NCBI RefSeq assembly: GCF_964355755.1
Contig: NC_092673.1
Location: forward strand, 33,167,648-33,231,647
Direction of reading: 5' to 3'
Source: Antedon mediterranea
Lineage: Eukaryota > Animalia > Echinodermata
Length of the DNA stretch: 64,000 nt
The position numbers and the translations under genes were made by a program. Of the stretch, positions 1-11,900 are shown one piece after another; the stretch's first letter is position 1, and the number at the start of each line of letters is the position of its first letter. A model generated the notes under the pieces. The model made no database searches. It was not told the origin of the DNA and saw only the letters and a program-made list of their open reading frames with translations.

Positions 1-577
1 AATCATATACTGTATAAATATAAACCTTGTACACATGTTGTCTAATAGAACTATTTCTAGCATAATTACACTACGATAGCTCTATTTAGGAAGTGTTTCT
101 GACATTTCAATTTTCAGAAAAAAGATCATATCAATAATAACCATTTGTTAGTCAGAGAATAATAATGAAGAACTATTACCACAACATTGTTGTAGTTAAT
201 TTAGTCAGTGGTTGCCTGTTGCTTTCGGTCTCAAGGGTACTGTAGTTTTGAATCGTTTTCGAAAATGTACTGTACATTTTTTAGGTAATATGCTTAGTTT
301 ATCATTAAAGATGTATTGTCTCCCCAAAAAATGAAAAATGAATGTTAATAAAAACAGACTTTGAATAGGTAATTTTGCAGTTTTAATAAAGTTAATCACT
401 TTTGTAGAAAAAAAAATTTAAAAAAAAAGTCTGTCACTTATAAATGGCATATTCAAAAGACAAATTGTAAAAAAACATTTTTTCGAGTGAACAATATCTT
501 TAAACATTTCTTTGAGTTTTAAGCTATTTTTTAATGTTTTGACTTTCCTCAATTTGACCACAAATATTGTTTTCTTC

Positions 578-3500
578 CTAGTAGAGCTGGATCTTCTTGA
601 AGTTCTTAATCTTAAAATCAGGTGGAACACAATCTCCAGAATATCTAAGTGTAAAAAGGAAAACACTTGGTATTTTCAGGCAGTTAAAGGCATCAAGCTA
701 TTTTAGTACAGTAATTCAAAAGTCAATTGCTGAATTTTGTTTTAGAAATATCCGTTGGCCTTACATGGCATAATACATCATCTTACATAAGGATTAGTGC
801 TTTTGAATATTTTTAAAGCTAAACGTTCTCTTTAGAGGAGAGTAGGAGGGACCACCGTGTTAAACTTACAAAGTTGTAGTTGAAATACTTCCCAATACAA
901 TTCCGTTTATTGTGATACCCGGCATGTATAGCCATGCAATAGCAAAAGTATGTAACGACAAACGTACACAAGTTTGTTTTCTTATAATATAGATTTAATA
1001 AACATTTACCTACCTGAAGGTTTTAAGATTGCGATGATTTTCGCAGGCCGTGGCCACTTTCTCTAGGCCTTCCTTGGTCATCCGTAAACTGACAAGTTTA
1101 AGACGTTCAAGTGATTTGATTCTGTTTAACATCATCACAACTGCATCACATGTTTCATCTTTAATCGTACATTCTTCTATACGTACTTTTCCTTCATCTC
1201 TTTTACCATACAGGCTTAACGTCTTTAGATCGGGCATTTTGTCTAAATTTGTTGCGACATAACTAACAACAATGTCACAATGGTCGGTCATGTCTGTGAT
1301 CTTTAACTCTACCATCTGACGACACTTGCTGGCCTGTTGAACAATTATAAATGCTCCTTCGCTAGATAGTCTTTGTAGTGGAAGCATAATCAGTTTTAAT
1401 GATTTCATCTTATATATTCCTTGGGCAAATGATTTGCTAGCTGCGTCAAATACCTGATATATAGAAAGCTTCTCCATCATTTGTAGTTGGTTTAAGTTTT
1501 CTGACAATGTAACCATTCCTTTTTCTGTAACAGGACTGTAACTGACATTCAAGTTGGTCAGTTGTTTTATGTACTTAAACTTTTCCGCTAGATACCCGAT
1601 TCCATCGTCAATGGGATTATTCTTGAGGATCAATTCCTTTAAATCGCGAGTCTGCTCTAATGACTTTGCAACTGTTCTGCACATCTCAGGTCCAACGTTG
1701 GCACTTGAAAGGTTAATTACAGTGAGCGTTGACTTTCGTAAGGCTTTTGTCAAAACGCCAGTCATGCAACTTATATCAAACCCAAGAATAGTAATCTTTT
1801 CGATGTTTACATTCTGGAGTGAACGTACAACAGGTGTGATGTCTGTGTCACCTTTGTTTCTGTTATTGACTGAAAACGTCTCGATAAAAGATAAATGATG
1901 ATAGGCGGGAAAGTGACTGAGCTGGACTCTCGGTGGTTTTTTTTCTTTCTGATACTTTCGTAGTTTCTCTGTTATCTCATCAAAAGGCATTTGTGAATAC
2001 TTTTGCACCTTTTTGGTAAATTTGTCTTCATCATTTGGAAACATTTCCCACAAGATAGCTGTGATATGCATGGGGATGTTAAACAATTCGATTTTAAGAA
2101 TATCTAGGTTTGTAATCTTTGATGGTTCTTCTCGGGACTTACTATGTTTGAGTAGATAGCCAAGTGAGTTCGCGGTTGTCGTAGGAAAATTACTCAATCG
2201 AATATGTCTATGTTTCAATATTGGAACCATAACATCATTGAGAGAACCACAACAATTACTTTCGTGATAACATCGAATAATTAATTCTAAATATTCTTGG
2301 TACCGCATACTTTCTTCAAAGGATAGTCTACCTGATACATAGTCATCGCTTCTACCTGCAAATCTCTTTTCGAAAATCTTCAATAAGCGATTTAAAACCA
2401 ATTTAGCAACTTGTTTATGTTCACCACTCAAAAACAAAAGTAACATCTCAAATTGAAGAGCAGCTTCGCAGGTATCTATTTTAATTAGATATTGAAAGTG
2501 AAATTCTTCATATTCACGGAGTGCCAATTGAGCAGCAAACATTGCTGCACACTTTTCCTGCACAGTTTTGTGGAAGAATAGAAACCTGACCTCTGGCTTC
2601 ATTCTGTCTGTAAGCGGTTTCGTTGGGAAGTAACAGTCACCAAGTGCCATATTTCTGTCTTCTGTTTTTTTGCATGGTCCATTTCCCGACATGTCTCTCA
2701 TCAATAATCCAATCTCGCATGCAATTGTAACAACTTGCGTTTTAGTTGTTCCTTCGCATTCTAAATGAGCATTAAAGTCACTTTCGCTGAACTTGAGGGT
2801 CCTGTTTTTAAATAGTCCGTCTAACCCAACACGGCCAACAATTTCAATAACTTTATTCAAATATACATCCAGTTGTTGTTCGTTTCTGCTGTTTTTGGCC
2901 AAGTGACTCATAAACATGTATTCTAACAGTTGTTGATATAGTTCACTCAATGTTTCTGGAGGTTTCATTGATGCGTTGTCTTTCCATAACCAGCAAAGGA
3001 TCATAGTCATCATTGGTAAGGTGGCAATACCGTTGATTAGGCCATTGTCGTACAAGTACTTTTTCAGAGCTTGTCCTTTTTCTGCGTCTCCTTGAAAAAC
3101 TTTATCCACATACAACTCTACGTTTTCTTTAGAAAAACCCTGTAATTCACAATGTAAGTAGATACCTCTATGTTCCTTGAACTTATCAACTCTCCATGGC
3201 CGCGAAGTTACAACCACAAAACTTGTCCTCAGATGTTCATTTTTTAGTAGCTTCAAGATTCCTCCATTTTCTTGGCTGTCATTACTCTGTGGTTTGTATT
3301 CATCACATGCATCGAGTAGCACAGCTACTTCTTCCGGTTGTTTTTTCACAAACTTATTCAGCAAATCTTCATGAATACGATGGTCTTCTGTCAGAATACC
3401 ATGCTTAAATATAGCTTCAACAACATCTTCATCTGGAGATACATTCTGCATGCTAAGAGCTACTACAAGCTTGAAACGTTTTATTGGTGAGTCACTGTTT

Positions 3501-4869
3501 TTTTTTGCCCAGTCATAAGCCATTTTATTTATAAGCGTTGACTTGCCAATCCCGGCTCTACCGTAACATAATACCCTGGTTATTGGAGTTCCATCTGTGT
3601 TCTGCCTGAATATGTCATGGTAAGACTTTAGAGGAATTTTAAGTTGTTTGCTGAGCAGATATACCGCTAATGTTTGGTCTGTAAACAGTTTGTCCATTCT
3701 GTACATATTTGAATGATCCCATGGTATTTTAATCGGATTCTTCGTTTGAAGATAATGATGTTTAACAGCGTTGATGCAAAGTTGAAGGTCGTTTTCCTTA
3801 TTTTCAACGATGTTTGATTCTGAGTAGTGTAAGAGAAAAACAAAAGGTAATTAGTTTGAAACAACTTTGAACGAAGAGCGATCCAACCGCACCCACCTCT
3901 AGTATCAGTTGCCTTACGATTAATTATGAAAGAACAATGTGCAGTATTAATATTTGTAGTTTTTATGTAGTATTTATTGCATAAAATATAAGAAGAATAA
4001 AGTATTTGTGTGTATATTAACTAAATAATGATTTTTTTTTAAATATCTAAGGTACTGGACATTTATATTTGTGGGTTTTCTTCCAATATTTATTGACCTA
4101 TTGAAACGAATTTAGGTTTATGAAGAATGATAATTGAAAACTAACCACTGGGAAATACTTGGATTTTCTTCGGCATAGTTTGATCCAATGACATACTTTG
4201 AACTTCTCCATTATCTTTGGGTATTTGTAAACCCTTCGCTTTGGTTTTTCTGGTCGTATGCGATTGTTTACCGGTACTAATAGATAGGTCTATGCCTACT
4301 TCAACTTTCATTTCTGTGGGATTATTTCCTTGTTCTTGGGAAGCTAGCAGTTCTTTCCCAAGCTTTTCGATTTCTTTAAAGATCCTCTCTTGGTTTGTAG
4401 CACTAATATCCTTAGTTTTATACTCATCTATCACCTTTTCGTCAACTCCTAATGCTTTCAGAATTTCTGCTAAACGAATCCATTCATTCTTGAAGTTATC
4501 TAGACTAATACGATAGTTAGGCTTGTGTGCTCGATCATTTCTGAACTTTTTGAGGCGATTAACTTTGTTTAATTCCTCAGCAGATACGGAAAATCGCCTT
4601 ATCAAACTACATAATAAAGTGATATCAAGTTCGTCTATATCAGCTTCTCCTTCCTTTGGGAATAGCAGTTCATTTTTTAACATCTCTTCACACAATTTAT
4701 GTTTATTATTTTTCATAAATTCGTGAAATTGGGACGGTTCTAGGGGTATATCAGATACATGGGTAAGGAAAAACTTTCTCATTGCCTTTGTACCTTCCTC
4801 AAATAGCAAATAACAAAGTCGGTAATAGTTGTTAGATTCGTCATTATAAACCGGATGATTACTTGCCAT
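578..4869 (-). CDS. HEPN-NACHT-LRR NLR-like protein, copy A (coding exons 4869-4146, 3819-1014, 644-578; ~1198 aa)
   Basis: The three exons join in frame through GT..AG sites (total 3597 nt). Exon 1 has DZIP3-like HEPN motifs (NYYRL..LL..GT.AMR.FF, LLFP, LDITLL, RLKKFRNDRAH, EW.RL...L..LG). Exon 2 has Walker A GRAGIGKST, Walker B VLLDACDEY, sensor VVVTSRP, ELQGFS, WHD FFHKTVQE and RI-like LRRs (LKELILKNNPIDDG). The last exon reads RYSGDCVPPDFKIKNFKKIQLY*. Confidence 0.9.
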
Positions 4870-7719
4870 GGTTTCTGAAAGCTGATGACCAATTTAGGAA
4901 TCTGTTGATAAGTGAAGACGTGTTAGTTAATGATTATTTACATTAGCTAGTATTACTATCAGTGGCGTAATTTCAGTCGATTCTCTTATGCTATCATACC
5001 GGCAAAAATCAGCTTGCAGTACGTGTCTGATCACGGCAACAGCCCATGCCATAGTAGCTAACTTTTACAAAATACTAACTTGACCTAAATAATCTCTTAA
5101 TATCAATATATCGACACTGAGCAATCATTCACCTATTACAACTGTTAATGTAGAAACGTAGCAACCGTTAATGTCCGCGAAGTAAAACTTCAGCTAATAT
5201 AGAAACACAGCTGCCTCAATTTGTTGTTGATTCACAAACTTTTTTATAATAAATACAAATATGAGTGAGTGAGTTGTTTATTTGTAAAGCCTCTAGTGGC
5301 TAAGCTGCCTCTCCTGAAGACTGGTCTCCACACTGTTATATTAATTAAGTAAAAATATAGTAACAAAAATTGCCAATGTAGTCACTATGGCGGCCAACAA
5401 TTGTAGAATTACTATTATATTTTCCAAACCCTTTGTCTAAATTTGTTTAGATGTGCGTTCTACCTGCCTCGCGTCTACTACCACCTTTCTAAAAACCCTA
5501 AATTACATGCTGACGTTGATAAAAATTAGATAGATTACAAGTTATCGAAGTAATCACCTAACAGAAGAGCCTTACCATCCCGTAAAAGCTCAAAATACCA
5601 GGACTACTTAAATATTTCAAAGAACGCTTTTGCAAGAGACTAACTAGATTAAGGATATGTTATAACATTTTTAAATGGCTGGAGCGAATTCAAGGTGCAT
5701 ACTGTGTGGATTAAGAATGTTTAAAAATCATCAATATATACTTTCTTTTTTATATTGGCAAAATAATGACATAAAGACAACAAACAGCAAAGAACACGAA
5801 CAAACAAATTTAGATGCCCGAATAACCCGTTAAAAAAAAAAACAACCAAAACTTGTGTCCAACGTGGTCCAATAGATACCTGGGAGTCAAAAAATAATAT
5901 TTTTAGGATTTTGTGAATAGTTACATGAAATTATTAATTATTATGACACCAATTCTAGGCACATAAACATGCTTTAATTAACTGAAACAATGCAGTTTAT
6001 AATAGATATTATTACAATAGATAAATAAAACGAACTGTGCCTCTGCTGAATTTGTTATACTTGATTATCCCAAATGAAATTAATCAATAATTTTCACCTG
6101 AATATCTTTATAGGAATACGATAAATAGTCACTACTTACTTTTTATCTTTGTAATATTAAAGCTTACCATCTGCATGCAAAGTAAATGAGGTCCAGGTAC
6201 CTTTATCCTTCGTTGATTTGTAGAAAGTTTAGTTCCACCAGCACGAGCCACTCCTTGCCGAATGCCAAAAACTGGTGATCGGCTGAGTATTTCAAACCAA
6301 TGCGTACGTCACTGTTGAATTTGTTATGTTTGATTGTTATGCTAAAATGTAAAATGTTCCTACACAATGATGATTTCATAGCTGAATGCACATTTTCCTA
6401 AACATTTAAAAATAGCAATACTGGTTTTTACAGGTTTTTTTTAGGCCTATTCCAATAAGATCTCTCTGGCGATTGATCCATTGTCAAGAATATACTTTTC
6501 TTTATTATTTGTATAGGCTTCTATTCATTTAATTCTTTATCAATGCACGTATTTTTCTAGGAAAACTAGCCCCGAATCATTAACATTTAAAATGTATTTG
6601 AATTAATTAATTTGTTGCAAGTATGAATTGGAAATAATAATAATAAAAAACATTCTTTTTGTCATATACTGTATGTTGTTATATTTAATTATTATGTACG
6701 TTTTTGTAATGTCTCCACTGTTTGAAAGCATACAAAACTGTAAGTATATGCCTAAATCTCAACATTTTGTTTGCATGATGTAAATTGTAAAACTACTATG
6801 ATTTAATAGTGACTTTGATTTTACAACGCGAACAGCAAGAATACTACCCACAGAGAAATAATAAGATCGAAAAGATATTACATATTAGAGAGCTTTGAAT
6901 TTGTAATAACCTAGGACCATGACGTCATGTTAATTCATGTTGCGCATGCGTTTGAGTTGTTTTAGTAGTTTCTGTCAAGTCATCGCTCGATCTCGTACCC
7001 AGTTTTCACTATATTTGGCCTTTAAATGAAAATACAAGTAAAAAGTAAAGTAAAAAAATGTATATGGATTATATTCTTACAGTATTCAAGGTATGGTAGA
7101 AAGACACAATAATAATAATAGGCCTAATGATAATTATTATAATGACGATAATAGCATAATAATACAATAGTAAAGGTTTTTTTATAAGGTTGCACGTTAC
7201 TGAATTAAAAGTAGGCCTAATTATGTCTACTGTATACATTTTACTAAAATATGAATTGCATACCTCCTCTACTCTACTCTTCTCTTCTACTCAAATCAAC
7301 AAAATATCTTTTGTTGTTAATTATTACTTACCAATTCACTTTGGTATTTTTACCCAATTTGGGAATCACAAGTTCACGACCAATATGGCGCTTGATCAAT
7401 GTAAAGGTGTGACTCAATTCATGGACTTTGTCACGCGACTCAAAGACATTACACAGACTTATAAAACAGGACTTTGATATGATAATTCATTTCCTGATAA
7501 CCACTACTAACCAATATATTACATAATAAAACTTAAACAATTGATAAAATAATCGATAATTGTATTTATTCAAATAACTTCAAACATGTTTGTTAGTAAA
7601 TCAGACATTGAATATGTCCTTTTTTAGTTTTATTAAAGTTAATAACTTCCGTAGAACAAGAAAAAGACAAAATAATTAACGTTTAAATTCAACCAAAAAT
7701 TAATTTCCAGTCAATTTGA

Positions 7720-7830
7720 CCATTTTTTGCTTTTAATTACAGTTTTTTTCAGGTAAACAATTGTTTTATCCAATTTCTGGTCAAAGTGAATAACTATTAT
7801 TATTAAAATGGCATATTCCATAAAAATGTT
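7720..7830. repeat. Dispersed repeat fragment, similar to 55850-55990
   Basis: Both sites share aattacagttttttt..caatttYtgg..aagtgaataactattat..ttaaaatggcatatt. Confidence 0.55.
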
Positions 7831-8912
7831 TACAAATTATTTGTTTAAGATGAACAATACATATAACATTTTAGTTATTAAACACCGTATTATGTTTGAA
7901 AATGGCATGCTTCTTATGATCAATACAAATCAATGCCTCGTTTTCACAGCCACTTAGGCACTAGTTCGTTGCACAGTGGTCACAGTTTCAAAGATTGCGA
8001 AGGTACTAGTACAGTATACACAAAAACAACAATAATATTACACTAAAATTTTACTGCAAAGCTAATAGAGTACATCAGGACAGTTCAAACTCTTAAAAAA
8101 AAATTGGAAAATAAATAGTTTTTACCATATTTGGTTTAAATCAAAAGAGCCTTTCTCGAAATTTAAACAAATATAGAATAAATGCATGTCTAAAAGTTTA
8201 TGTATAATAGATTAACACACAATAATTGTTATTGGTAACTATGAATACCAAGTAAAGTAGTGAAGGTTCTTTTTAATTGTAATTATTATCAAGTTAAAAG
8301 TAAGTACTGTTCATATTAATAAATAAATAAGAAAACACGTATAAACATTGCATTGTACATTCACACACCAAATATGTATTTGTCCCGTACTGGACTTTTA
8401 TATAATACGGCAAATAATCAAAATAAAATATTACCCTAAAAATCTGTTGAATAATATATAACTTGGCATATATACGTTTACCAGGCGGAGAAATTCTAAC
8501 CCACCCTGTGAGATACTAAACATGTTTAAACTGTAAGATGAGGATGTGTGTGAAAATGAGAAAACAAAATCTGAAATCTGGAACCTTAAATATTAGGACA
8601 GTATAACAAATATACAGTATATTATTCTTTTAATAAATAAACATATTAACTTGCTATTATATCATGGAGAAAATATTGTGCTCATCATAATGTCGAAATA
8701 CTTGTTGGCGAAGATACAGGTTCAGTATATGTTATTGCCTTAAATTGTGCGAACTTCGGTCTAGATTAGCTAATTGGCATTTATATTATACTTTTTTTTA
8801 CTTAGTAATAATGTTTCTTTAAAAATTCTGTGGCATTCATGGATTGAATATCCACTGTGGTGAATAACTTTGTTCCAATTGAGTTTAAATATCTGTTGAT
8901 GCAGTCTGCTTC

Positions 8913-11900
8913 CTAGTAAAGCTCAATCTTCTTGAAGTTGTTAATGTCAATACCAGGTGGAACACACTCTCCAGAATATCTAGGAAAAAGTAACAGACGT
9001 TTTTTAATTCGTTCATTCAGTTACATAGATAAGCGAATCACGGACGGGAAGAAGTAAGATGAATACATGTTTGATTACTGTGTAAGTCGTAACAATGTTA
9101 GATATTTAAAGTGCAGTGCAATAACTCGCCAAATTTACAAAAAGTAGTCAAAACTGTACCTAACCTCTATTATTTAAAGGTTTAGTACAAATACCTATCC
9201 TAAAGATTTGTAAATTGTTTGTAAAGCGAACAATTCACGGCTCTATGGTGAACTACCATGAGCTTTGCGTTCATATAAAACAGTGTTCGACTATAAAAAG
9301 CAAAACAACTAACAGTAACAGTGTATGTCATAGGCATGATAGAGGAGACTGCCCAAGTACCTACCTAAACGTTTTCAGATTGTGGTGATCTTCGCAGGCC
9401 ATAGCCACCTCCTCTAGTCCTTCCTTGGGCATCCACAAACTTACGATTTGAAGACGTTCAAGTGATCCGATTCTTCTTAACATCCTTATAACTGCATTAC
9501 ACGCACCATTTGTTATCGTACATTCTTTTTTGATTATTTCCACTCTTCCTTCATCTCTTTTACCATACAGGCTTACAATCTTCAGATATGGCATTTCGAT
9601 GAGGTTGTCTGCAGCACAGCTAACCATCAAGTCACAATTGCTAGTCATGTCTGTGATCTTTAACTCGACCATCTGAGGGCATTGACAAGCTCTTTGAACA
9701 ATTCTAAATGCTTCTGATGAAGACAGTCCTTGTAGTGGAAGTGTAATCAGTTCTAATGCATTCATATTCTGTATTCCTTGGGCGAATGATTCACTAGCTG
9801 CATCAAATAATTGATATATAGAAAGCTTCTCCATCTGTTGTAATTCGTGTAAATTTTGTGACAATATAACCATTCCTTGTTCGGTAACAGGACTGTAACT
9901 AACATTCAAGTTTGTAAGTTTTGTTACGTACTTGAAATATTCCGCTAGAAACCCGATTCCATCGCCAATGGGATTATTCTTTAGGATTAATTCTTTTAAG
10001 CTGTGAGTCTTTTTTAAAGACTTTGCAACTGTTCTGCATATCTCAGGTCCAATGTTGGCACTTGAAAGGTTGATAACAGTGAGCGTTGACTTTCGTAAAG
10101 CATTTGGTAAAACGTCAGCCATGCTACTTATGTCAAACCCAAGAATTGTAATCTTTTCAAGGTTTACATTCTGGAGTGAACTCACAACAGGTGTGATGTC
10201 CGTGTCGTCGCCTCCATGTTCGTGGATGACTTGAAACGTCCTCATAAAAGATAAACACTGATATTCTGGAAAATGACGAAAGGCTGGAGGTAGTGTTTCC
10301 ACCCGACACTCTCGTAGTTTCCGTCTTAGCTTTTCTATAGGCATTTGCGAATACTTTTTCACCTTTCTGATAAATTCTTGTTGGTCATCTGGAAACATTT
10401 CCCACAAAGTGCTTATCTCTTTGTTCGTCTGAATGCTGATGTTCATCATTTCGATCTTGTGAATATTTAAGTTTGCATTAATTCTCGTCTGGTCTTCTTG
10501 AGCCTCGCTATATTTGAGTAGATAACCAAGTGAGTTCGCGGTTGTAGGTGAAAAATTACTAAACCGAATATGTCTATGTTTGAATATTTGAACCATAATA
10601 TCATTAAGAGAACCACAACATTTACTCTCGTGATAACATCGAATAATTAATTCTACATATTCTTGATACCGCATACTTCCTTCAAAAGATAGTCTACCCG
10701 ATACATAGCTGTCGCTATTAACTGATAATTCCTTTTCGAAAATTTCCAATAAGTGAGTTAAAACCAATTTGGCAACTTTTCTATGTTCGCCACTCAAGAA
10801 CAAAAGAAGCATTTCAAATTGGAGAGCATCTTTGGCGGTAGCTATTCTATCCAAGTATAATGACTGAAATTCTTCAGGTTTACGGCGCGCCAATTTAGCA
10901 GCATACATTGCTGCACACTTTTCCTGCGCAGTTTTGTGGAAGAATAGAACTCCAACCTCTGGCTTCATGCTGTCTTTCAGCTGAGTCGTTGAGAAGTAAC
11001 AGTCATCATCAGAATCCGTGTCTTCATCTTCTGGTTCTTTGTATGCCACATTTCCCGAGACAGTGTCCCTCATCAGTAATCCGATCTTGCATGAAATTGC
11101 AACAACATTCTTTGATGTGGTATCTTCTAACTGTGAACTGACATCAAAATCACTTTCTCTGAACGTGAGTGTCCTGTTATTAAACAACCCATCCAGTCCA
11201 ACACGACCAATGATTTTAACCACTTTATTCAAATACTTGGTCAGTTGTTCTGTGTTATCACTGTCTTTGTCCAAGTGTCTCTTAAACATGTAGTCTAACA
11301 GTTTTTGATATAGTTCACTCAATGTTTCTGGAAGTTTCATTGATGCGTTGTCTTTCCATAACCAGCAAAGGATCTTAGTCATCATTGGTAAGGTGGCAAT
11401 ACCGTTGATTAGGCCATTGCTGTGCAAGTATTTTGTTAGAGCCTTTCCCCTGGCAGCGTCTCGTTGAAAAAACTTTTCCACATAGATTTCTACGTTCTTT
11501 TTAGAAAAACCTTGCAGCTCACAGTGTAAGTAGATGCCTCTATGTTCTTTAAATTCCTCAACTCTCCATGGCCGCGAAGTTACTACCACAAAGCTTGATC
11601 TCAGATGTTTGTTTTCTAGAAGCTTCAAGATTTCTCCATTTTCTGGGCTATCAATACTCTGTGGTTTGTATTCATCACATGCATCAAGTAGTACAGCTAC
11701 TTCACCCGGTTTCTGCTCAACAAACCGATTCAGGATATCTTTGTATATAAGATGCTCTCGTGTCAAAATACCATGCTTAAACAGAGCTTCAACAACATTT
11801 TCATCTGGTGATATCTTCTGCATGCTGAGAGCTACTACAAGCTTGAAACGTTTTATTGGTGAATCGCTGTTTCCCTTTGCCCAGTCATAAGCCATTTTAT

